DNA of 64,000 nucleotides from Owenia fusiformis (Eukaryota): NCBI GenBank assembly GCA_903813345.2, contig CAIIXF020000001.1, positions 48,980,001 to 49,044,000 of the forward strand, read 5' to 3'. Shown piece by piece: positions 50,609 to 61,715 of this stretch (position 1 is its first letter; each line of letters starts with the position of its first letter). The notes under the pieces were generated by a model. It saw only the letters and a program-made list of their open reading frames with translations, ran no database searches and was not told where the DNA came from. The position numbers and the translations under genes were made by a program.

Positions 50609-50958
50609 CTGTAAATTGATTTAAATTTGCGCTATTTAATTTGGTGGATTGGGCATATTTTGAAATTTTGGCTGCCATTTAATTTGGTGGATTTACCATC
50701 ATCACAGATGCAATTTTATCTCCTGGTATCAGATTGTTTTTATCTAAACCAACAGTGACTTTGGAAATACAGTAGTTAAAATGACATCTTATCCATGTTT
50801 CAATCAAGATTTTTACCAACGTTTTGTCTTGCAAGGTAACACATGGAAAAAGCACTGGACAAAAATCCCTGGCAATTTTATTTTCAAAAAATACTTAATT
50901 TGGTGGTTTTCATCAATCTGCCAAATTAAAACGGCTAAAAAATTAAAGCAATTTACAG
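50609..50958. mobile_element. TA-flanked MITE (Tc1/mariner-pogo type)
   Basis: TA|CTGTAAATTGATTTAA ... TTAAAGCAATTTACAG|TA. Confidence 0.7.
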
Positions 50959-51492
50959 TATACAAAGCCTCACTGAGTAAATTAGGGATATTGAAGCTTT
51001 TTGCAGTAGTTTATCTAAATAATACCTCCCCTTATCTTGAGATATGTTACCGTTTTGCTTTAAAAGAGGCCTTCATCTGCACTGTATTAGAGCTTTGCTG
51101 TGCTCAATCATTATATTGTAGTCACAGATTGTTATCCCTTCATAAGTAGCTCACATATTTTGGTGGCTACTTTGAATTTTTCAATACATAAATCAATGAA
51201 AAGATGATATGGATTAGTGGTCTACTCTTAAAGCACTGATTTGACAAAAAAAAAATATACTCTTAAAATGAAAACAAAGGATTTCGGCAGCCATTTTAAA
51301 ATTTCCAGAAGCTCGATTCACTCTGCAATATGCTCTTAAATACCTCATGATTTTCTAGTGAAATAAAGGCCTTTTAGTGAAAATTAGTCCAAATACAAAT
51401 AAAGGGAAATCTTCACAACCTTACATGTTATCAATAGAGAACATTATTCGATTTGGCTATATATCAGTTTCTTTTTATTTTATAAAATAATA

Positions 51493-53469
51493 CGAGGGGT
51501 GATCCAAGTCTTGGACATCCCGCTCTAACTTTGCTATTTTTTAATGAAATTACACGAAACTTTCAAAAAATAAAGATTAACATCTTAACAGCGTTGTGTA
51601 GAAGTTTCACTAGAAAATAATTTATTTTAGGTTCTTTTCTAGATATTTTTTAATATGGGGACCCTGCCACCCGGAACGCAAATCACGTCACAACTGTTAA
51701 TATGGCAAATAGTTTAGGTGCAGGTGAACAACCTCCCACCAGTCATTATACAAGAGCATTTTCAGAATTTGCAATCTGAATGTCATCTGCCATCAAGAGA
51801 ATCTTTCGATTTTGCAATCTGAGTGTCATCTGCCATCATCATCTCCACATATTTAGGCCTACTTTTCAACATACTTTCCATGAATTTCGACACATTTTTC
51901 GTGGCGCTTTACCCATGAATGGAAGACATTCATGAAACCACCCTTGCTCATGTGACACAAACGCTCCTGGACTGCCACTTTAACCTCATCCAATGAGTGA
52001 AAAACATTTCCTTTCAACTCTTCTTTCAACTTGGGAAAAAGAAAAAAAAAACACGGGGCCAAATCTGGACTATATGGTGCGTGTTGTAGCTGTTCAAGTT
52101 CGTTGATTGCAAGAATATCTTGCACAACCATGGAGCGATGGGATGGTGCGTTATCCATGTGTAGGATACGGCTGGCGGGATGTTCTACACTGTTGCGCTT
52201 TTTACACAAGGCAACTCTCAGATGTTTTTGCAGAACCTGCAAGAACATCAAAAAGGAACTTCAATTATTTTGTTTGGCCTTGTTGGACTAAGGTATGTGT
52301 GTAGGTATAACAATGATCAAAGATTTAATGGATCATTGCCTGATTTTCCTACCTGTTTGAAATATTCCCCATTGACAGTCTGGTCTTCAGGCACAAAGTG
52401 GGTCAGGATGGGACCTTTGTAGTCAAGGAAAGTTATAATCATAACCTTATCTGCAGAGCGTCCTCTTATGGCTTTCTCTGGCCGATCCTCAAAGGGGTAG
52501 ATGTACTGTGAGGACTGTTGATTTGTCTCTGGATCACTATAATAAATCCATGATTCGTCTGTAGTAATGATGCGTTTAAGAAACTCTTCTCCTTCTCGTC
52601 TGTACCTTTTGAGAAATGCCTCACTCAAGTCAACTCTTCTTTGCTTCTGCTCATTACTTAAAAGTTTGGGAATCCATTTGGCACATACTCTCTTCATCTG
52701 AAGGTCAAATTTAACAATGCGCTGTACGCTGCCATATGGTATATCTAGGATGCTGCTTATTTCTCTGATAGTCAATCTACGATTAGAGTCTAACAATGAT
52801 TTGACAGCTCGAATATTATGTGGTGTTCTTGTGTCTACAGGCCTGCCTGATCTGGGTTGATCCAATACATTTTCATTACCAGAATTGAAGTGTTCATACC
52901 ATCTATACACACTTTGTCTTGATAAAGCTCTGTCCCCATGGGTGCTTCTCAATAATTCATACACTTCTTGATGTGGCTTATTTGTAGCAACCATAAACTC
53001 GATTACAATTCTTTGTTTCACTTTAATTTCTTGCATGTTCTGCATTTCAGCAGCCATCTTGGAGCAAAAATGATACCACAATGAGGCTTACATGTCTGAT
53101 GTCATTTTCCATTGTCCTATGTGACATCACAGTTAAAACACAATTAATTGGTTGCTTGGCAACAAAGAAAGAAAACTAACATGGTTTAACATTCAAAATT
53201 CAAAGAAAAATAGTGGTCAAGTTTAGCGAAACTAGTCAAAAACTGGCAATATTTAAGGCTGAAATTGCCATTTTCAAATACCGTTCCGGGTGGCAGGGTC
53301 CCTATATCAAAAACTGTCTTGAAAAATACATAAAATAAATTTTTTCTCCATGAAATTAATACACAAAGTAGTTCGATTATTGGTCTTTATTATTGGAAAG
53401 TTTGAAATAATTTCATGTAAAAACAACAAAATTAGAGCAGGGCGTCCAAGACTTTTGGATCACCCCTCG
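51493..53469 (-). mobile_element. mariner-family DNA transposon, full length, long imperfect TIRs
   Basis: TA flanks at 51491-51492 and 53470-53471. Termini CGAGGGGTGATCCAA / TTGGATCACCCCTCG. Inverted similarity extends about 185-190 bp (GGGACCCTGCCACCCGGAACG near 51658-51678 vs CGTTCCGGGTGGCAGGGTCCC near 53282-53302). Confidence 0.95.
51859..53057 (-). CDS. mariner transposase, two exons (53057-52353, 52236-51859), 360 aa, third catalytic Asp replaced by Phe
   Basis: HTH region (PRSGRP), WIPKLL, TTDESW, HMDNAPSH, YSPDLAPC. A 116-nt phase-0 GTAGGA..TTCTTGCAG intron joins the two track ORFs into VNGEYFKQ|VLQKHLR. Confidence 0.88.
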
Positions 53470-53486
53470 TACATTAACAAATTATC

Positions 53487-56400
53487 TTAGCCATTTTCAT
53501 CCTTTCTGTCTTTCTGTTTTTTCAACAAAAATTGTTGTCTTATTTTTTCCTTATTCTCAAAGAAACCATCAGTCCTTTTTTGTTTAGTAAGTCCCTCCTC
53601 ACCAGTAAATACAAGATCTGGAAACAAAATAGGTTATTATGTACTCTAATGAGATCTATGATGCAAGAATAAGAAAAGAATGATAACAATTTCAAAGTTT
53701 TGGAATAGAAGTGATTAAAACAAACATGTATGTGTCAGTATACTCAAATGTTTTTCCCATACTGCTACTCTTACCTTCTTCTTTATAATTCACTGACTTG
53801 AGGTAGAGCCCATGTGCTGGCATTCCATAAATGTCATGGTTCTCATTGGGCCTGTCTATCATTGCACGGACATCATCCAAGCTGATTCTGTTCCTAGCAG
53901 ACTGCACCATTGCACCTGTCATTTTCCGTACCTAAAATGCAAATATGTATGTGTTAGTATAGGGAATATTGGGCATTTCACAAAAATCAGTTTATTGTCT
54001 TTACTATAACAATTATAAAAGTTTTATGAGCATGAATGGATGCAAATGTCCAGTTAAAAATTGTATTCCAGGAAACTTTTATCAGTCTAAAGAATATGCT
54101 CTTTTACCAGAATTTTCTCCAAGATTTCAATGACCTGTCATAGATTAATTCCTGGGATATGAAAAATGTTGCTAATTACAAATTGTTAATTTTATTTTTC
54201 CTGACCGGTCTATGAAAATATTTGAAAAATCTCCATTCATTAAAATTTGAGAGGGGATCAAAAATGAGGAAATCAATGGTAAATTGGTAAATATACACTT
54301 AATGATGAGAACCAAAAATATTGTTAAATTGTGACAATTTCTTCAAACTTACCAGACTTGCCAACCTCCCGTTTTTTTACGGGAATCTCCCGTAAATTTT
54401 TTGTTTTTCTGTAAAAAATACCAAACTCCCGTACCGTTTTCTCCCGTAAAAACTCCCGTAAACTCCCGTACCGTATTTCTACTAAAATCTCCCGTAATTT
54501 TTTTAAAAATATGGCCGTAAAATCTCCCGTATTTTTGCTGAAATCTCCCGTAAAATCTCCCGTATTCTGGTATAACTCCCGTAAAATCTCCCGTATTCTT
54601 GGTATAACTCCCGTAAAATCTCCCGTTTTCTGGTATAACTCACGTAAAATCTCCCGTATTCTTGGTATAACTCCCGTAAAATCTCCGTTTTTTGCTGTCG
54701 AAATCTACCGTATTTAAAAGGAATTTGAAAAATTTGTGACCTTGATTATTGCAGGCACGCTTCTTTCTTTTACTCCAAGAAGGATTGGCTCCCATGGTTC
54801 ACTTTCGATACTTTCATAAATAATTAAAAGTACTTCATTCCCATGATTCAAATTGCTTTTCTGCGATCAGTTCGGTATAAGTTGGCACACCAAATGTCCA
54901 CAAACTGGGACCAGTTCATATTCTGTCATACTTCTGTCGGGAGAATACATTTTGTTTTTATATGGCGCTAAACGAAATATAATATATATATACGTATATA
55001 AGGCGCATTATGGGTAGGGACTGCTGTGAAATAATGAACGTAAGTGACATCTATCTTAGATTATAAGTTCTAATTAATTTTTTAACTTCGCATGCGTCAT
55101 AATAATTTCAACCAATTATTCGCTGGATTTAATACCGTAAAAACTCCAGTTTTTTCAAAATCTACCGTAAAAACTCCGTTTTTTTCAGAAATCTACCGTA
55201 AAACACCCGTTTTTTCAGAAACCTACCGTAAGAACTCCCGTTTTTCCGAAATCTACCGTAAAAACTCCCGTTTTTTCAAAATCTAAAGTAAAAACTCCCG
55301 TTTTTTAAGATCTACCGTAAAAACCCCAGTTTTTTCAGAATCTACCGTAAAAACTCCAGTTTTTTCAGAAATCTACCGTAAAAACTCCAGTTTTTTCAGA
55401 ATCTACCGTAAAAAACTCCCGTTTTTTCAGAATCAACCATAAAAACTCCAGTTTTTTCAGAAATCTACCGTAAAAACTCCAGTTTTTTCAGAAATGTACC
55501 GTAAAAACTCCCATTTTTTTTAAAAGCTACCGCAAAAACTCCCGTTTTTTCAAAACTTACCGTAAAAACTCCCGTTTTTTCAGAACCTACCACAAAAACT
55601 CCCGTTTTTCTGAAATCTTCCGTAAAAAAAGTCGCGTTTTTAAAATTTACCGCGAAAAATACATTTTTTTTTTAATCTCCCGTAAAAACTCCCGTTTTTT
55701 TCAAAATCTCACGTAAAAACTCCCGTTTTTTTTTTAAATTTACCGCAAAAACTCCTGTTTTTTTTAAATCTCCAGTAAAAACTACCGTTTTTTTCAAAAA
55801 TCTCCCGTAAAAACTCCCGCTTTTTTTCAAAAAACTCCCGTAAAAACTACTGGATTTTGAAAAAAACTCCCGTAAAAGTACCGCAATTTTTTTTAAATCT
55901 CCCGAAATTTTTTCATTTTAGGTTGGCAAGTCTGAACTTACTCTCTATCCCAAGGCCCTTTACCTAAATTTTGACATGTTCAAAACTGGTCAATGTATCC
56001 AACAAACTTCCCAGCTGAGTGCAAGGCAATCTTCAAATTCACTATTGTGTGCAGAACTCATACACACACTCAGTAAATTCAATCCTGGAGGTATCAATGG
56101 AAAGAGAGCTAGAGAGCGTTTAATACCCTCCTGGCTATTAGCACTTGGAGATTTAAATATGGTAGTGAGAAACGTTTGACATGACACTATGAAGTCCGAG
56201 ATCTACCTGATGGTATAAAAATGAGTTGCCATTAAAGATGAGGTCCCAGTACTGGAATTTGTCTCTCATATATGCTGTGTGCTCATCCAGGAAACCATTC
56301 ATGCCTCTGTGAACTGACACTTGCATATCTTTCACGGTATTCTGCCAGGGCTGTATCATGCGTGGTGCACTGAATGCCGCAAAGTCCAGCTTCCCCGTTA

Positions 56401-59400
56401 ATATAGTCGCTGCCTCGCGTAGCTTTTCTTCATCAAATGGTTTGCTGGAACATATTGCAGTCAGATAAAATATAATTGAAATTGATTGTGGATCAGATTG
56501 CCATCAGATAAAGCTTTGCGCTAAGAACTTAAAATGACCAAAAAGGCATTAACATGCAAAATGCTACCATCTGCCATTTGTTAAAGACACCGAATGCCAA
56601 CCACCAGACACCATCACAATAAAGTCGGAGACCATAACAATATATCACCACTTGTGGTAGCTACATAAATAATATGATATTTCAACTACACATACCTTAT
56701 ATATGCTACTTTGTCAGCTTGAAATACAGAGATGGGCAAACGATGCATATAATCAATATCCGTCTCTTCCTGACGGACTGCAATGCGATAGAGGTAGGTA
56801 CGACTAGTAGCATAAAATCTACTATGGAAATCATCATTGACTCTTTTAACATCAACAACTCTGCAATAAAATGGTGATTTCACTGACATTTCAAGGTGTA
56901 ATTGGTTGCTTTACCCAACTGATAATTTAAAACTAGATTTCACCAGTTTCCATCCATATTAAATGTTCAATACATATGTTTATCGTATGATCTGTAAAAT
57001 GAAGCCCTCTGATTGGTCAGTTCTTGTGCTGTACCAATCTGTATTGCTACTGAGGTTGTCCCTGTTGATCATCTCCGTCGCAATACAGAAAATATTGGTA
57101 CGGAGGGGACAATCTCAGTAGCAATACAGAGGATCACACGATAAAAACGTTATTGAATGATTTGAAGTGCAATACAGGATATATTCTGTCTCGATATTCT
57201 GTATGGGCACTCGACTTCGTCTCGTTCCAACACAAAATTTCTCGAACAGAATATATCCTGTATTGCACTTCAAATCATTCAATAACTTATAACTTCACAA
57301 TCAGAATACCACGTAAAATGAGATTTGCACCAAATTGAGAAAATCTCCTAAATTACGCAACTGAAGATTTCCTGCATTGTGCTATCTTTTATTTGTCAGA
57401 GTTGGATTTTTCATGTTTTATCATCTAGGCTTAAAAGAAAGTCCATTGTTTCATTATAATTGAATTTACTGTAACAGCCTGTGTATAAGGTGTCCCACAA
57501 TGCAATAAATCTTTTAAATAATTTAAACTTTTGATACTTATTTGGTTTTCTAGACAGGCTTTACTTTTCTAGACAGGCCTTACTTGCTACAGTATATGGG
57601 ATTTCTGGGCAGTATGTTTCAGCTCTGCAAATATTGCAAATAATATAACCATTAAGTATATTCCCCTTGGACTAACTGAAATAAACCATGCCTCAAATTA
57701 TTTGTGATATCAATGCATAATATTTACCTTATTCTCTCAGCTCTTTTCCTAAGGTTCTTGTTGACCAGCTGCACCAATGTAACAGGCTCATATTCACCTG
57801 TTCCATCAATATATCTAAAGAAAATGTTGTACATATTAATGTATTTAGTATTAACAAAAGGTCAATAATTACTAATGGGGTTTCATTAGCAGCAGAAAAT
57901 AGGTGATTTCCTACATTTCTATTTCAACAAAATTTTCTTTTGTTCCAAGGAATTTGAAACTGTGTCTATGTACAGTAAAACTTGTGTACAGTGGAGTGTA
58001 TAGTAAACACATTTTTGTGACTCCATAGGTAAGTGTTCACTGAAAAGAGGCAATTCTATGCAGAAGTCAGTGGAGTATTTGCTGAGAAGAGGTGTTCGCT
58101 AGACACAGGTGTTCATTAGAGGGGTGTTCACTAAGACAGGTTTTACTGTTGTGTTAAAGTTATGATTTTAAACTTTAAACTTTAAAAATTTTACCTTTTA
58201 TGTTCATTTTTATTTTGTATCTGTTTTCAGAAATTGTAGAAAACTGATTTACCTATTGGATCAGTGTTTAGTAAATCATTTAATAATTTTATGTATAGTA
58301 AAACCTGAGTAAATTGAATATTTTCTTACCGAGAAAAAATGTTCAATGTTGGTCGGTGTTCACTTCAGAGAGGGTAATTTATACAGAAGTCAGTAGAGTA
58401 TGTTAGGAGGAAGAGTGTCCATTAGACATGGGTGTTCACTTGAGAGATGTGTTCACTAAGACATGATCTACTGTACCATACAGATAGAGTTCATATTTTT
58501 TCAAATTGAGAGGATCATGTGTGGGCCTGTAGGGTCCAGTGGGCATCAACTGGGGCCCAGAATGACAGGACATGACAGATACCATGAGTTGTGTAGGTGT
58601 GAGACACAAAATACTTTCACATAATATCTGATATGATAATACACCTAAATACATGTACACTCAATATTAAATGAGGCTGATATGATTTCCCTTTCTCAAT
58701 ATACCATGAGGGTCATTTTTGAATACATAAATAAATACGTATATTGACCAATATATAAAGTCCAAATAATTTATTTGGGATTTTACTTTACTTTTCTTTA
58801 TGTTTTTCTAAACCTTCATGTTTTCCTGTTGTGATTCTAAAGAGTTGCAGCAAGGGTTAATACATAAATAAGAAACCACTTACTTATGCAGATCAGTGTG
58901 TAATGTATTAGCTATTGCATGAACTCCTGCATCTGTTCTGCTAGAGCTGCTCAGTTTGAAGTCATTCCCTGGTTTCACTCCCCTTAGGATAGCATCCTTT
59001 AAATTACAAAAATAATACAATGAGTGCTTGCCTTGCACCTAAAGAGGTACCTCAACAAATTTAAGTATTAGAGTCTGATTAAGTTTAGTAATATTGTTAA
59101 CTTACATGAAATATAAAACTTCTATTAAACTAAACTAGATAACAACAACAACCCCCAGGTGTAGCAAATCCCATTAAACATCTAATGAGTGTCAGAAAAC
59201 GCTGCTAGAAATCATGTCTAAAATGGCCACCATATATATATATTTTCTCAAAGGATATAAACAAAAACAAAAAAGATATTAGCATAATTGCTCCACAATG
59301 TAAAATAACATAAAAACTAATGAAAATAGATGCAAATTCTGGAAATGGCTGTCTGATGAAAGACGGACGGATGGACGATTGGAGTTGCTAACTCCCCAAA

Positions 59401-59640
59401 CTTCATTTGATGGGATAAATGAACTCATTCTCTGAAAATTCTGAAATCTCTAGCAGAGAATATGGAAACTGCCCCAGGGAAAATATTTTTGCCCTTTTTC
59501 CCTCAATGGCAGTCCCTATCTATAAACTGATAAATTGTAGAAATTGAGGAAAAAAGAATAAAGTATAAATAAACCAATTAAGCAATACCTTCAGTACATT
59601 AAATACTGACTTTGAGCCAGGGTCACCATGAGCTAGCCCC
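53487..59640 (-). CDS. PUSL1: tRNA pseudouridine synthase-like 1 (TruA family); 5' coding exon not located
   Basis: Exons on minus: 59640-59589, 58996-58884 (catalytic SSRTDAGVHA), 57814-57728, 56860-56696 (FHSRFYATSRTYLYRIA), 56444-56207 (GNSFLYHQ), 53931-53775 (VRKMTG..PAHGLYLKSVNY), 53617-53487 (stop TAA). All GT-AG with consistent phases. The SSRTD variant and FLYHQVR favour PUSL1 over PUS1/PUS3. Confidence 0.88.
54353..55934. mobile_element. Non-autonomous DNA transposon with 7-bp TSD and minisatellite-filled arms
   Basis: AACTTAC|CAGACTTGCCAACCT ... AGGTTGGCAAGTCTG|AACTTAC. About 29-31-bp CTCCCGTAAAA-type repeats at 54366-54715 and 55133-55905. Confidence 0.85.
56979..57286. mobile_element. 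Double-hairpin non-autonomous element in a PUSL1 intron
   Basis: TCTGTATTGCTACTGAG / CTCAGTAGCAATACAGA hairpin, followed by a long TTATTGAATGATTTGAAGTGCAATACAGGATATATTCTGT inverted repeat (57150-57284). Confidence 0.7.
59133..59419 (-). mobile_element. Short degenerate HINE-like element
   Basis: Reverse-oriented ends (GTAGCAAATCCCA; GATGGGATAA) and a (GACG)n remnant. Confidence 0.55.
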
Positions 59641-59994
59641 CTGCAAAAAATAAAAAGCTGTATAAAATACATATACCTACAGCGCTTAGGGGGGGGGGGT
59701 TCTGGTCAACCTTTTTGTACAGGGGGTTCCGCTGAGATTCAAAACTGAGATTTACCCACATCTAGGGATTATTTTCCCATAAAACTAGGCTCACATTTTT
59801 CTTTCAAAAATAGAACCACTTCGAGGTAATTTTTCAAAAACAAGACCCACATCTAGCGCTTTTTTTCAAAAACAATACCGAGCTTTAGGATTTCAAAAAG
59901 AAGACCCAATTCAAGGTTTTTTTTCGTCAAAATGGGACCCATATCTAGGGATTTACCTTCAAAATGGAACCCACATCTAGGAATTTAGCAGCCC

Positions 59995-60658
59995 ATCCCT
60001 ATGGAAGTACCCCGCCCCCCAGGCTACAAAGACATCATAAGAGGTCCAAAGAAGCATTCATCAAGCCTGTACAAATATTTAATAAAAACAATATTTAAAT
60101 TTAATTTTTGTTAAATATTTAAATATATAATTAGTTGCCATGGTAACAAATATGGCTGATTTAAAGATTGTCTATGTCAATTGAACTATTTACTTTTATT
60201 CCTCTGCAGTTTGAGACAGTCGCAACCTTTTTGGCTTTGAGAGAACTTTAGGCTGGGGTTTTAATTAACTGAGGTAAGAAATATGTGCGTAGCTTGCACC
60301 AATATTGTTTTACTTTTGAAATATAATCCCTATGGAAGTACCCCACCCCCCAGGCTACAAAGACATCATAAGAGATCCAAAGAAGCATTCATCAAGCCTG
60401 TACAAATATATAATAAAAACAATATTTAAATTTAATTTTTGTTAAATATTTAAATATATAATTAGTTGCCATGGTAACAAATATGGCTGATTTAAAGATT
60501 GTCTATGTCAATTGAACTATTTACTTTTACTCCTCTGCAGTTTGAGACAGTCGCAACCTTTTTGGCTTTGAGAGAACTTTAGGCTGGGGTTTTAATTAAC
60601 TGAGGTAAGAAATATGTGCGTAGCTTGCACCAATATTTTTTTACTTTTGAAATATAAT
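59995..60658. repeat. About 331-bp tandem duplication
   Basis: ATCCCTATGGAAGTACCCC..TTTTGAAATATAAT twice, with few substitutions. Confidence 0.92.
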
Positions 60659-61715
60659 GTGTGGTTCGAGATTATTGTATGTGCGCAAGATCTGAGATTA
60701 ACATACAGTTTTATGATAGTCTAAAGCAAGTCCAAAATGGAGAGATGGTCTTGGTTCTAGATCACGGGGAGTAAGTCACCCCCCCTTCTCTCTAATATTC
60801 TCTTTATAAGCTTTAGAATATAAGAGGGAGAGGTGACTAACACGTACTAGAATATAAGGGGGAGGGTTGACTTACTCCCCATGTAATATCAGTAGATCTA
60901 GTATCAGGAAATATTAGAACCCAATTGAAAAATCCTGGGTACGCCACTGTCTGTAGCTCAACTTCAATATGTGTTCAAAATATTATTATAGTATGGCGAT
61001 AAATTTTACAGAGAACTATTTGCATATGATATGTATCGTTTTTTAGTGTTTTTAATGTTAGCACGATGTCTAACCCAAACGCTCTTATATGCACGACGGA
61101 GCATCTCATTACTGAAACTAAACAAAAGAAACGCTCTGGAGTAGGAAAAATGGCAGGCGGGAATGATGAGCCATCTTACGATTTCCCTGATAATGAGAAT
61201 AAGAAGTATGTGCTACTTATTTGGAGTATACCATTCGATGGGTGTGATATTCATGTTGTACTTGGTTGGCTGTTGACGTTTGAAGCAATCAGGAAGAGCT
61301 GTACAAAGCAATATAGTTATCAAAAATTCATAAACATATTTGTCATTCTACCGGTCAAAACCCCTTTTGTCGAGACATGTGATTAGTTGAGTCAAGATTA
61401 GAGCATCAGAGTATATTTTGGTCAAATTCCAAAGCTTCCACACCATACAATATCGTAATTGTGATTTGATGACCAAAAATCCAGTCTTAAAAATGATGAC
61501 ATTCTCGTATTCAAGAAACACTGCGACCTGGTTAACACAGTGAACTGGAAACGCTGCGGTACTAGTCTAAATATGTTTAGGAATTAGCTTGACTTTCCTT
61601 TTCAGGAAGACAGAGAAAGAAAAGATCTATTATACCCCTTGGGACCAAAAGAAGAAAGATTAATTCTCATATAAACTTTTTGTTTTGTCGTCAATAGTTT
61701 TATGTTTTAGCACAC

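Noticed and set aside
50781..51149. 122-aa plus-strand ORF
   Set aside because: Starts inside a MITE, has no recognisable motif and no splice context.
53057..53775. SETMAR-like PUSL1-transposase fusion by splicing from donor 53775
   Set aside because: The two nearest candidate acceptors upstream of the transposase ATG give an out-of-frame product or an early stop.
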